A stretch of 61,643 nucleotides of DNA, the filler included, from Bdellovibrionota bacterium (GTDB lineage: Bacteria; Bdellovibrionota; Bdellovibrionia; Bdellovibrionales; JAEYZS01), in the NCBI GenBank assembly GCA_963169515.1. It is 3 parts of 3 records of this genome, joined end to end, with 100 filler letters (N's around TTAATTAATTAA, not from the genome) between each part and the next. Parts side by side here need not be neighbours in the genome. Positions count along the whole stretch, not along the records: positions 29,322 to 49,659 come from CAUJEF010000089.1; positions 49,760 to 61,643 come from CAUJEF010000090.1; 1 more part is not named here. One strand, 5' to 3'. The notes below the pieces were generated by a model. It was not told the DNA's origin, did not search any database, and saw only the letters and a program-made list of their open reading frames with translations. The position numbers and the translations under genes were made by a program. This document shows positions 40,480 through 50,130 of the stretch, piece after piece. Position 1 is the first letter of the stretch. Every line of letters begins with the position of its first letter.

Positions 40480-41844
40480 ATGATCATCCGTAATTGGTAC
40501 AATCAACTTGATAGCAACAAGAAATTCTATTTGGGAACACTGTTGTTCCTCACGTCTTTATTTGGCTTTTGGCTCTCTGTTAAGTTTCACTTTGAAGATG
40601 ATGAAGGCCTTTCTCGTATCCCAAGCCTAGGAACTCCAGTTCAGGTTGAAGCTCGAAAAGAAGAATCTGCTGTCCTTTTGAATGACCCAGCCATTAAAAA
40701 GAATTGGGGTCTAATGGGGACCGGTGGAACCACCGACATACGCGCCCAAAAAGCGTGGAATATTACTCAAGGCAGCCATGACATCACAGTTGCTATTATT
40801 GACACGGGCGCAGACATAAGACACGCCGATTTAAAAAACAATATTTGGATTAATACTGGTGAAACAGGATTGGATTCCTCCGGCCGAGAAAAAGCGACCA
40901 ATAAAATAGATGACGACCACAACGGGTATGTAGATGACGTGAACGGATGGAACTTTGTTTCAAATAGCAATAACCTTACGGATAATCACGGGCATGGAAC
41001 CCACATCGCGGGTATTATTGGCGCAGAAGGTGGTAATGGAATTGGAATTAGCGGCGTATCTCCAAAAGTAAGTTTAATGATTATAAAATACTATGATCCG
41101 AATAGCCGCGGCACCGATAATCTCCGAAATACAATTCGCTCCATCGACTATGCTGTTCGAAATGGCGCACACATTATCAATTATTCTGGCGGCGGGCTGG
41201 ATTACAGCCAGTTGGAGTATGAAGCGATCAAACGTGCCCGCGACAAAGGAATCTTATTCATAGCCGCTGCGGGCAATGAGCGCTCAAATTCCGATAAAAA
41301 CCATTATTATCCGGCAAATTATCCACTGGATAACATCATTTCTGTAACTGCAATAAACCAGCAAGGCCTTGTGTTGAACAGCAGTAACTATGGAGTGCGT
41401 TCTGTTCACATTGCGGCACCGGGTGAAAACATTTACTCCACTTTACCAAATGGACAATACGGACTTATGACGGGTACGTCGCAGGCAACGGCATTCGCAA
41501 CAGGCGTGGCTGCATTGATTCGCGCAAATAACAAAGATTTTAATTACGAAATGGTACGCCGCCAGATATTGGGTACGGCGGACATAACTGCATCTGTTAT
41601 GACAAAAACACAAACGTCAGGGATTCTGAATTCGTGGGCTGCTTTGGCAATTCAACCGGCAGTCCCTGCGACGGGAATTTTATCGCGCTCGCCGTCACCA
41701 CAAGACTTAATCGATCTGCAAAAGGCACGCCCTCAATCAACTGTTAGCGATCGAGCGCCGTCATTGACGCGCCAGCTGACCAACATCAACCTTTTGCTTA
41801 ATAACCTTAATAAACCGAATACAAGCGGAAGCCCAAGTCTTTAA
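40480..41844 (+). CDS. S8 (subtilisin-like) serine protease with N-terminal membrane anchor
   Basis: Triad IIDTG / HGTH / GTSQA and oxyanion AAGN. Confidence 0.92.
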   Translation: MIIRNWYNQLDSNKKFYLGTLLFLTSLFGFWLSVKFHFEDDEGLSRIPSLGTPVQVEARKEESAVLLNDPAIKKNWGLMGTGGTTDIRAQKAWNITQGSHDITVAIIDTGADIRHADLKNNIWINTGETGLDSSGREKATNKIDDDHNGYVDDVNGWNFVSNSNNLTDNHGHGTHIAGIIGAEGGNGIGISGVSPKVSLMIIKYYDPNSRGTDNLRNTIRSIDYAVRNGAHIINYSGGGLDYSQLEYEAIKRARDKGILFIAAAGNERSNSDKNHYYPANYPLDNIISVTAINQQGLVLNSSNYGVRSVHIAAPGENIYSTLPNGQYGLMTGTSQATAFATGVAALIRANNKDFNYEMVRRQILGTADITASVMTKTQTSGILNSWAALAIQPAVPATGILSRSPSPQDLIDLQKARPQSTVSDRAPSLTRQLTNINLLLNNLNKPNTSGSPSL

Positions 41845-42130
41845 GACCCTTTCCTTGAGTTTTTATTCTTTAAGATCCCCTTGATCGGACCTCTGCGGGT
41901 CACGATGACCCTTCAAAGTATCCTTTTTTCCTTTTCCCTTTCATAAATGCAGTCGCCCCTCCAGGGCGACCATACGCTTGAGGTCCATCCATGGACCTCA
42001 CTGCCATCCAGGCAGCTCGCGAGCATTATGAAAGGGAAAAGGAAAAAAGGATACTTTGAAGAGCAGTGAGCCATGGAGTGGCGTGTCCGATCAAGGGGAT
42101 CTTAAAGAATAAAAACTCAAGGAAAGGGTC
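41845..42130. mobile_element. 286-bp MITE-like non-coding element with nested inverted repeats
   Basis: Perfect 46-bp terminal IR (41845-41890 / 42085-42130), 36-bp inner IR (41911-41946 / 42026-42061), TTAA on both flanks, no ORF in the track. Confidence 0.75.
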
Positions 42131-42874
42131 TTAACCCGCTTTGGATTTATAGAATTTGTAAGCCAGAAAGCCCGCTGCCAACAAAAATATGCTAAAGCCT
42201 ACGGGTTGCAACCACTTCAGCTTTGGAGTAAATGACCCTATTACGCCTATCATGCCGGATAACATGGCAACCATCATTGGAAACGCAATTCGCTCAGAAG
42301 CTTTGTCTTCCCGTCGCGGAGGAATAAACGTAAGTGTTGCAAGGCCGATGATTTTATCCCGCATTTTCAAGGCAATCGTATCATTGGGATTCGCCTCGAG
42401 CATTTTTCGATATTGGGCAGATACGTATGTCAGTTGCTTTTGGCCCAGACAGTCACTGATAAATTTCTCGTGGACCTCTGGCTTTTCGTAGTTAGCAAGC
42501 ACATTGTCCCACCCTGCTTTAAGGGAAATAGGTGGCGCTGCCGGCGAGCCAGCCTTTTCTCCAGAATCTCTCTTGCGACCAAATTTCTCAAAAATGATTC
42601 CACAAACACGGCAAGAAACGCTGTCTCCGGGATTTTCTGCTTTACATTTCGGGCATTGCTTTCTGTTAGAGGCAGATGCCTGCGGAGCTGACGCAGCGCT
42701 ATTTCCCTTTATGAATGTCGGAACTTCCTCTGACACCTCAACTGGCGGGTATTCAAACCAAAATTTTTGACCACATTTTCGACATAAAAACTCTGGGCGT
42801 GGATCCTTGATTTCTTTGGGATCCACTCCGTACAACTTTTGACATCCTGGACAACGGGCTCTTATTGTTTCCAA
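42131..42874 (-). CDS. Zinc-ribbon membrane protein (MJ0042-type finger plus second ribbon)
   Basis: CPGC...CRKC and CPKC...CRVC; two C-terminal TM helices. Confidence 0.8.
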   Translation of the reverse strand: METIRARCPGCQKLYGVDPKEIKDPRPEFLCRKCGQKFWFEYPPVEVSEEVPTFIKGNSAASAPQASASNRKQCPKCKAENPGDSVSCRVCGIIFEKFGRKRDSGEKAGSPAAPPISLKAGWDNVLANYEKPEVHEKFISDCLGQKQLTYVSAQYRKMLEANPNDTIALKMRDKIIGLATLTFIPPRREDKASERIAFPMMVAMLSGMIGVIGSFTPKLKWLQPVGFSIFLLAAGFLAYKFYKSKAG

Positions 42875-42913
42875 TCACATTCTCTTTTTACTATCATAAA
42901 AATAGTTATACTT

Positions 42914-44458
42914 ATGGCAATAAAAAAACAGCTTGGTTTTGCAATTTTAAGTGGATGTCTGGTTGGGACCAGCTACATTCCCTTTCCACCGTGGGCACTT
43001 TTGTTTTGCCTCACCCCCCTTTGGTGGGTCTGGTTACAAACAGAGTCCCCAAAGCGAATTTTTCTCTTGGGTTGGATTACTCAATTTACCCTTAATGTAA
43101 TTGGCTTTTATTGGATTCCAGGACTGATCGTCGAATTCGGCAAGCTCCCGTGGATCGTTGGGGTTCTCGGCCTACTGGCGTTTGCTTCGTTTTCAGCAAT
43201 ACACATTCCCCTCGCTGGCATTGTCTGGAAATGGATCGCTAAAAAGAAGCAGCTGGGCCTAGGGCAAAGTCTTGTTGTCCTCGCCTTTCTGACCTACCTG
43301 TTTGAGCGCACCAATCCGCAGGTGTTTCCATGGAATTTTGGTTATGTTTGGCTTTGGGGCGATATTCCTGCCTATCAATGGGCGGATACCATCGGGTTTG
43401 AGGGTCTCAGCTTTGTTACGTTTCTACTTAACGCCTGGGTGCTTTATCTTGCGCTTATAGTAAAAGAGCGCCGACGGTTTCGAAGTGGCGTCATGTACTT
43501 TCTGGCCTTCCTTTTCCTGTTTAACATTACTGGGAATTGGAAAAAAGCAGCGTGGTCAAAAACTGATACCTCAGACTTTGTCCTTATGACTCAAGCAAAC
43601 ATAGGAAACCTTGAAAAACAGTGGCAAATTTACGGCGCGAAATACAAAGACCCTACGATCGAGAAGTTCCTTCATCTCACCCAAAGTGAAATCGACAAAG
43701 GCAACAAGATCGATTGGATTCTTTGGCCCGAAACCGCAATCCCAGAGTTTATGGACGCTCACTATGCCTCAAGACCGGTTCATAAAAAGGTGATCGATTT
43801 TATTAAAAAAAATAAAACCCCTCTTATATCTGGAGCCTACTCCCAAAATCCGAACACTCGGGGGGAAAGCAATTCAATTTTTATGTTCGATAGTACAGGA
43901 AAGCTTCTTAATATTTACAAAAAAAGCCTTCTTCTTGCCTTCGGGGAATATATGCCAGGGAGCCAATGGTTTCCGTGGTTATTAAAGATATTTCCAGAAG
44001 TGTCCGATTTCGAGCGCGGGCTGGGACCAGACGCCTTTAAATTTCTGCATACAGATATCGGACCACAAATTTGTTACGAGGGCTTGCATCCATGGTTTGT
44101 TTCACAATCTGTAAAAAAGGGAGCTGAAATTCTAGTAAATGTAACAAACGATTCGTGGTTTGGTCATACATTTGAATCGTTTCAGCATCTCTACATGACG
44201 CTAGCTCGCTCTATCGAATTTCGACGCCCTCTGATTCGCTCAACGAACACAGGCATTTCATCTGCCATGCTGGCAAATGGCGATTTGGTTTTGCAGTCAC
44301 CACAAAAAACTGAATGGGTGGGTGTGGTTGAAATAAAGTATCTCAAAAATGCCCCTCGTACGATTTATAATCATATAGGGATGTTTTTGCCATTAATTTT
44401 TGGTATTCTCGTCGCCGGAGGAATCACACTTGGATCTCGAAAATCTAGATTGGGATAA
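42914..44458 (+). CDS. lnt: Apolipoprotein N-acyltransferase
   Basis: Multiple TMs, QANI, WPETA, K..LLAFGEYMP, ICYE, TNDSWF, RSTNTGIS. Confidence 0.95.
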   Translation: MAIKKQLGFAILSGCLVGTSYIPFPPWALLFCLTPLWWVWLQTESPKRIFLLGWITQFTLNVIGFYWIPGLIVEFGKLPWIVGVLGLLAFASFSAIHIPLAGIVWKWIAKKKQLGLGQSLVVLAFLTYLFERTNPQVFPWNFGYVWLWGDIPAYQWADTIGFEGLSFVTFLLNAWVLYLALIVKERRRFRSGVMYFLAFLFLFNITGNWKKAAWSKTDTSDFVLMTQANIGNLEKQWQIYGAKYKDPTIEKFLHLTQSEIDKGNKIDWILWPETAIPEFMDAHYASRPVHKKVIDFIKKNKTPLISGAYSQNPNTRGESNSIFMFDSTGKLLNIYKKSLLLAFGEYMPGSQWFPWLLKIFPEVSDFERGLGPDAFKFLHTDIGPQICYEGLHPWFVSQSVKKGAEILVNVTNDSWFGHTFESFQHLYMTLARSIEFRRPLIRSTNTGISSAMLANGDLVLQSPQKTEWVGVVEIKYLKNAPRTIYNHIGMFLPLIFGILVAGGITLGSRKSRLG

Positions 44459-46724
44459 AACTTTAAGCCGCATCCAAAGCCTTGCAACCAGTAATTTCGC
44501 ACGCACGGAAATTCAAAATACAAGGCCCCATGAAAGGCAAGAGCAGGCCACACAACAGCTTGAAGAAATCAAAGATGCCTTGGAACTTGTAACCTTGGGA
44601 CAGCGTCCATCCGTAGATAGCCTTAATAATTTTAATAGCTGGTATGATCGTCTTACGAAAAAAGCAGTTTTGAAAATTTCTGAAATCCTCGATGTAAAAC
44701 GATTTTGCTTTGATTCCGTATCCGTTCAGCGAGCATTGGGACAAAGCTCTGGGCCCTGGGCTAAAAAATCTTACCGCGAAATTATGGATTCCAAGAAAAT
44801 TTTATCTGCAATCGATCAGCTCATTACCCCAGAGGGGGAAATCAGATCTGACGCCAGCGAAACCCTCTTCGGCTTGTTCAATGAAAAAAAGCAACTTGAA
44901 AAAAACATTCGAATGACGCTCGATAAGTTAGTCAAAAGCCATCAGATGGAATCATTGCTACAAGATAAATATGTAACAAACCGTGAGGGCCGGTGGGTCT
45001 TGCCAATCCGAAGTGGGAAGCAACACGACATCGAAGGGATCATTCATGACTCCAGTCAAACCAAGCAAACCGTTTTTATGGAGCCGCAAGAAATTATTCC
45101 TATCAACAATAAACTTCGTGAAGTTGAATTTGGAATTGAAAAGGAAGTTCAAAAGCTTTTAACACAATTGTCGCAATTTCTATCTTCTAACACCGTTGAC
45201 TTTGATACCACATTCAAAGTTTTGCTCAACTTTGACATTCGCATGGCCCAAGCTTCGTTTGCAAAAAAAATTGATGGTCATTTTTTTAAATTTAACAATG
45301 ACTCGTTTAGCCTAATGGATGTACGCCATCCGCTCCTGGTGTTACAAGAACAAGTAAAGGTGGTTCCCAACACTGTTCGCTTTGATAAAAATAAAAGAAT
45401 TTTAATTCTGACCGGACCGAATGCTGGCGGGAAAACTGTGTTACTCAAAGCCATCGGCCTTTGTGCACACCTGGCGCGTTGCGGATTGCCGATCCCAGCG
45501 GGAAAAGATTCTGAAATCCCATTTTTTTCTAAAATTTATGTTGCTATCGGCGACACGCAGAACGTGGATCAGCACTTAAGTACCTTTGCTTCCCATTTAA
45601 AGACTCTTACGGAAGCCACTAAGGCCCACGGATCAGATCAACTTATACTTGTCGATGAAATCTGTGGCTCAACTGATCCGGAAGAGGGGGCTGCGCTTTC
45701 TAAAGCATTCATTGATCATTATGCAGATCAAGGGGTTTTTGGAATTATCACCAGCCACCTCGGCCCATTGAAACAGATTTGGGCTGAATCATCTCCAATT
45801 GTATGCGGCAGTATGGAATACGATAAAAATCCAACATACAAATTGTTTCTGGGAATTCATGGGCGATCATTTGCGATCAAGACCGCAAAAAACGTGGGGG
45901 TTCCTGAATCTATCATAGAAAAGGCGCTCAGTTATCTATCCCCGGAAACGCGCAAAAAAGAAGGCCAACTCGATGAAATCGAGACCTATAAGACTCAGCT
46001 CTTGGAAGTTCGTGAAAAACTCGCACACGAGCTCCAGATAGCCGAAGAAAACAAAGAAAAGCATATGCGTCTTTTGCACCGCCTTGAAAGCGAAAAGACG
46101 GCGATATTACAAAAATCAGTCGAACGGGCAGAAAAAAGAATTGAAAAAATTATTGAAGAAATGAAATTAGAAAAGTCTGCCAATTTAAATAAGCTTAGAG
46201 CCGAATTACCACAGATTGTAAAATCGACGCCATCGGAAGACACAATTTCTGACGAAAAGGAATTCGCTGAAAAACTACCGCCTGGTTCTACCTGTTTTAT
46301 CTTAAGTCTCAACCAAGACGGAATCATTCAGGGCGTTTTAAATAACAAAGGTGAAGTCCCCGTGCTTTCAAAATCCATGCGCATTCAAGTGCACTGGAAA
46401 GATATTATTCCAAAAAAACAACCCACCAACTCTGCTGCTATATCAGCGAATAGCAGGCTTAGCGAGGCTGTGCCGCTTCCAAAAGAGGAATTAGAAATCG
46501 ACCTCCGAGGGCTAAATGCGGACGAAGCTGTCACTAAATTAGAACGCATTTTAGACAAAGCGGTTCGCGATCAACTCGACAAGGTCAAAATCATTCATGG
46601 TCACGGAACTAATGTTTTGAAAAAATCGATTCGCTCATATTTATCCCGCAGTCTTTATATTCAAAAATGGCAGGTCGGCACCGACCTCGAAGGTGATGGG
46701 GTTACCTGGGCAATCCTGACTTAA
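44430..46724 (+). CDS. mutS2: MutS2 endonuclease with C-terminal Smr domain
   Basis: TGPNAGGKT, STFASH, VDEICGSTDPEEG, IDLRG...IIHGHG; start TTG 44430 after GGAGG. Confidence 0.95.
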   Translation: MDLENLDWDKTLSRIQSLATSNFARTEIQNTRPHERQEQATQQLEEIKDALELVTLGQRPSVDSLNNFNSWYDRLTKKAVLKISEILDVKRFCFDSVSVQRALGQSSGPWAKKSYREIMDSKKILSAIDQLITPEGEIRSDASETLFGLFNEKKQLEKNIRMTLDKLVKSHQMESLLQDKYVTNREGRWVLPIRSGKQHDIEGIIHDSSQTKQTVFMEPQEIIPINNKLREVEFGIEKEVQKLLTQLSQFLSSNTVDFDTTFKVLLNFDIRMAQASFAKKIDGHFFKFNNDSFSLMDVRHPLLVLQEQVKVVPNTVRFDKNKRILILTGPNAGGKTVLLKAIGLCAHLARCGLPIPAGKDSEIPFFSKIYVAIGDTQNVDQHLSTFASHLKTLTEATKAHGSDQLILVDEICGSTDPEEGAALSKAFIDHYADQGVFGIITSHLGPLKQIWAESSPIVCGSMEYDKNPTYKLFLGIHGRSFAIKTAKNVGVPESIIEKALSYLSPETRKKEGQLDEIETYKTQLLEVREKLAHELQIAEENKEKHMRLLHRLESEKTAILQKSVERAEKRIEKIIEEMKLEKSANLNKLRAELPQIVKSTPSEDTISDEKEFAEKLPPGSTCFILSLNQDGIIQGVLNNKGEVPVLSKSMRIQVHWKDIIPKKQPTNSAAISANSRLSEAVPLPKEELEIDLRGLNADEAVTKLERILDKAVRDQLDKVKIIHGHGTNVLKKSIRSYLSRSLYIQKWQVGTDLEGDGVTWAILT

Positions 46725-46800
46725 TACCGGATAGAGGTGTTTAGAAAGCACCTCATGATACAAAATGCTACCCCTAAGATCGATTTAATCGCAGGAGGAA

Positions 46801-47151
46801 TCATTCGTCGTCAGCGGAAAAGCTATCCAGCTTATGAGACGGATAAATATCTAAATTTTGCTCTCGGTTATCAATGATTCGTTTTAGGATCATTGTTCTA
46901 GGTGAACTGATCACAAGATATTTCAAACGGTAGCGGTACAGGCCTCGATGATCGCGGTAAAATGGCCAAGATCGATCACCCATTCCATCCTCTTTAGGGG
47001 TTGTGACGTTGGATTGAATCCAATGAACAGCTGTATCTAATTCTTCGATGAATCTATCAACAAACTCAATTTGTTGCTCATTGGATTCAAAAATGTGATC
47101 TTCGATGTGGAGTTGGTCCACATCAAACTGTGGGGTTTTAACTATCTTCAT
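46801..47151 (-). CDS. Putative ParE/RelE-superfamily toxin
   Basis: 116 aa, ParE-like layout (KIVKTPQFDVD..I.D.I ... YRLKY ... ILKRIID); ATGA overlap with upstream antitoxin. Confidence 0.65.
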   Translation of the reverse strand: MKIVKTPQFDVDQLHIEDHIFESNEQQIEFVDRFIEELDTAVHWIQSNVTTPKEDGMGDRSWPFYRDHRGLYRYRLKYLVISSPRTMILKRIIDNREQNLDIYPSHKLDSFSADDE

Positions 47152-47402
47152 TTGTTGAATCTTTTTAGACGATCCTTATCGCGCATCTTGTATTCTGTGA
47201 TTTCTCCCTTAATGACTTGATTCGCAGACAACAGGTTCTTTTGAAGAGACGTAATCTCATTCAAAAGTCCCTCATAATATTCCTCCGACATCAGAACACA
47301 GGCATTGCCCTCACGTTTCTGAATGCGGATTGGTTTGGCAGTTGCCATTTCCATATAATCTTTCAAGTTCGCTCTGAAGCTTCTAGGGGATGTAGATTTC
47401 AT
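47148..47402 (-). CDS. Phd/YefM-family antitoxin
   Basis: FRANLKDYM...PIRIQKR...VLMSEEYYE motif; start re-called at ATG 47402 after AGAGGTG RBS. Confidence 0.8.
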   Translation of the reverse strand: MKSTSPRSFRANLKDYMEMATAKPIRIQKREGNACVLMSEEYYEGLLNEITSLQKNLLSANQVIKGEITEYKMRDKDRLKRFNK

Positions 47403-47431
47403 AAAGCACCTCTTTAAGAACCCAGTGTAGC

Positions 47432-47453
47432 ATAGGTACCTATACGTGTACAC
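47432..47453. promoter_or_regulatory. Palindromic operators of the Phd-ParE operon
   Basis: ATAGGTACCTAT (47432-47443) and GTGTACAC (47446-47453) adjacent to a minus-strand TACACT -10. Confidence 0.6.
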
Positions 47454-47516
47454 AAATAATTAAAAATTATTTCTCGCTTAGCTTACCGAATTCCCAAGCC
47501 TGGAATAAACGCAATC

Positions 47517-48332
47517 TTAAGGCGTACAAGTAAGTAATTCCTTAGAGCTCGCAATTTTGGACACAATACAAGATTTAATGTCCATTGTGAAATCATCTCG
47601 CGCAAGATATTCAGTATTGTAAATCTCAGACCTTAAAACGGAGAAGTTTTTCGGTCGCAGAATAAACTTCGCTAAAACCTTCCCCTTAAACTTCGCTGCT
47701 TTTTGTAGTTTCTCTGGAAGTTCCACGTTTCCGCTGTATTCAAGATTCAAACAAATTTCATTGTCGTAGCAGGAAATTGTTTCCCTCAACACACCTATTA
47801 AATTCACGTTCATCTCAATACCTTGATTGTAATCAATCCAACTACCCTTGTATTCCCAAGTGTCACCCACCTGTATGGGGCGCTGCGGGAGAGGAACCGG
47901 AGACACAAAAAATATACTGAATGGGGGCTTGTCACCCGCTTTTAAAACATCACCCCAAGGGTTGTAACGAAATGCCAATGTCTCGTTTAATTCTGGAAAG
48001 GCCATTTGCTCCAAATCAGCAGGCCCCGATTTTTCAATCGTTTTTTGTTTTACCTCGATATACCTTGGATCCTTAGAAACGCTGATAATTTCATTTTCAA
48101 CAGCGAATTCTGTATTTTCACTTCGTTCATGCGCGATCTGTTTACCCTCGTAAGTTTTTTGGTGTGAACTATAAAAATATTTTTGCTTTTCGCGATATCC
48201 TTTTTCGCCCGAGATTTCAAATTTCATTGGGGAATTCAGAGCGAGCGGCGTCTCATCCTGAGATACTTCTCTATGCGCACAGCCCCCCGTGGCAAGCAGA
48301 CAGCTGTAAAATATTGCTACACATTTTCTCAT
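47517..48332 (-). CDS. Hypothetical lipoprotein
   Basis: MRKCVAIFYSCLLATGGC lipobox-like; LPQRPIQVGDTW motif; ORF open to 48359. Confidence 0.65.
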   Translation of the reverse strand: MRKCVAIFYSCLLATGGCAHREVSQDETPLALNSPMKFEISGEKGYREKQKYFYSSHQKTYEGKQIAHERSENTEFAVENEIISVSKDPRYIEVKQKTIEKSGPADLEQMAFPELNETLAFRYNPWGDVLKAGDKPPFSIFFVSPVPLPQRPIQVGDTWEYKGSWIDYNQGIEMNVNLIGVLRETISCYDNEICLNLEYSGNVELPEKLQKAAKFKGKVLAKFILRPKNFSVLRSEIYNTEYLARDDFTMDIKSCIVSKIASSKELLTCTP

Positions 48333-48399
48333 TCTGAGAATCACGGTATTTTTAACCATATAGATTTACAAGCTTTTTTTGATGTTTTGAAGCTGTCCG

Positions 48400-48415
48400 C
48401 GGCCCGTGAATTGCA
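48400..48415 (+). promoter_or_regulatory. Putative sigma54 promoter
   Basis: CGGCCCGTGAATTGCA, GG-N10-GC, 26 nt upstream of ATG 48441. Confidence 0.55.
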
Positions 48416-48440
48416 ACCTAAAAAAGCAGGGGAGTCTAAA

Positions 48441-49121
48441 ATGAAATCATCGGTGTTATTCTTAATCTTAATAGTTTTTGGTCTGCTGATGTTTGGCTGC
48501 AGCAAGGGGATAAAATCTTATTCAACAAACAACGGAACGAATAACAATGGCTCCGGTGGTCCCGTTGAGCTTCTTGATTGCATCAAAATGAATGGAACCC
48601 TTCTCCCCGCACGAGTTGAAACAGATCCTAGCAATATATCCTATACATTCGTGAAGTTCATGTCTCACCCAGGCGATTTTGATGAGGCCAACACATCTCT
48701 ACGATTTTTCTCGGGCATAGATACAAATTCCATTTCAACTACGTCATCATCTTACGTTGTGATTTATTCGCTTACAGGGCAAACCATTGGTTCAGGCGCA
48801 AGTGGCGACGATATTGATCGCCCATTTCTTGATTCGCTTTTGAGTAATTTAAATCTAACGGATTTAACCTTCCAGGTACACGTGGGCCCAAACGCTCGAG
48901 TGCTTAAAGTGGTATTGAACCAGGGAAACACTACACTTGAACAAAATGTGTCGTTGATTCCTTCCATAGACGCAAATCCGAATTCTTACGCTACAAATCA
49001 TCCAAATTCTTTAGTTAACATACATCCTCTTTTGCCGTATTCAAACCTAGGGTGGACTAATCTCCAATACTGGCGACAGGGAAATGATTTGTGCTATTCA
49101 AATTCAAATTTAAATTTATAA
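48441..49121 (+). CDS. Hypothetical lipoprotein
   Basis: AGGGGAG RBS; MKSSVLFLILIVFGLLMFGC lipobox; Asn/Gly linker. Confidence 0.75.
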   Translation: MKSSVLFLILIVFGLLMFGCSKGIKSYSTNNGTNNNGSGGPVELLDCIKMNGTLLPARVETDPSNISYTFVKFMSHPGDFDEANTSLRFFSGIDTNSISTTSSSYVVIYSLTGQTIGSGASGDDIDRPFLDSLLSNLNLTDLTFQVHVGPNARVLKVVLNQGNTTLEQNVSLIPSIDANPNSYATNHPNSLVNIHPLLPYSNLGWTNLQYWRQGNDLCYSNSNLNL

Positions 49122-49522
49122 GAAAGATTCGGCTGTACATCGGCCTTTCTCTGCTTTTCATTTTTACCGCTCAATGTGGCGGGAAGGGAACTTCTGCTTG
49201 CGCGCCTAATTTTGACGGCACACTTTCAATTTTGATGACCCGTCTGCCTGACTCTATAAACCAGTATGAAATCACTGTTTGCGATTCAAATCGCACAAAC
49301 AATCGCGATATTTCTGTCTATGGGATTTTCGATGAGGCAGACATTCCCGGAATGTTTTTAAGCTCTCGTGTTCGCGCCCCACACATCCAAGATAGCTCAG
49401 ACCCCACAGATACATTTTATGTAACTTTTAATAACGATGATCGATGGTTTGTTATCTACGAAGATGACATTTCAGGGAATTATTCTAACCAGGTTGAACT
49501 CGCTCGCGGTGAATTCAGATAA
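49091..49522 (+). CDS. Hypothetical lipoprotein
   Basis: Basic N-terminus, hydrophobic stretch, TAQC; overlaps upstream gene end. Confidence 0.6.
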   Translation: MLFKFKFKFIRKIRLYIGLSLLFIFTAQCGGKGTSACAPNFDGTLSILMTRLPDSINQYEITVCDSNRTNNRDISVYGIFDEADIPGMFLSSRVRAPHIQDSSDPTDTFYVTFNNDDRWFVIYEDDISGNYSNQVELARGEFR

Positions 49523-49659
49523 TCATTTATTCAATGGCTCTCTTCCCGGGTATAAGAAACTGCCTCTAGGCTCTCGCCTTGTCGAAAACGATCTACTAAA
49601 TATTGATCTTTCGTCTGAAAAGAAAACAATAAATACATACTTTCAGAAGACTCTTCCTC

Positions 49660-49759
49660 NNNNNNNNNNNNNNNNNNNNNNNNNNNNNNNNNNNNNNNNN
49701 NNNTTAATTAATTAANNNNNNNNNNNNNNNNNNNNNNNNNNNNNNNNNNNNNNNNNNNN
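49660..49759. other. Artificial contig linker
   Basis: Same N/TTAATTAATTAA/N structure as 29222-29321. Confidence 0.98.
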
Positions 49760-49916
49760 TAAGCGTCGGAATCGGTGTTAGCGATGGCTGTGGTGAATTT
49801 CCTAGGGAAGAAGTATTTTCAAAATGAAGGCTTTTAAAACCTTGTCCACAGTTATTAAAAAGCACAACCAATGCTATTATGCTTGTTAATTGTAAGAAAA
49901 GACGAATATTCTTCAT
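49760..49916 (-). CDS. Partial lipoprotein (truncated by contig end), paralog of 50131..51492
   Basis: MKNIRLFLQLTSIIALVVLFNNCGQGFKSLHFENTSSLGNSPQPSLTP. Confidence 0.8.
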
Positions 49917-50130
49917 TTCACCCGCTTTCCTGTAGGGCTCATAATACTATCGGCCAGCCCGTCTTAATTTATTACACTCATGACCAAATAGATAAAATTT
50001 TAAGTATCATATTGAGACATTCTCCCGCCCTTAATTCAAATACATACGCTGGCAACTGATCGACAAAATATAGAAAGCTGTAACATTTTAAGACAGTCTA
50101 GCCGAAGAGATATAGTCATAAGGGGCAGGC

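Noticed and set aside
48183..48440. N-terminal extension of ORF 48183..49121
   Set aside because: Overlaps the opposite-strand gene; RBS, promoter and lipobox all point to ATG 48441.
49531..49659. Possible 3' end of a minus-strand gene at the contig edge (EEESSESMYLLF...REESH*)
   Set aside because: Too short and featureless to support a call.
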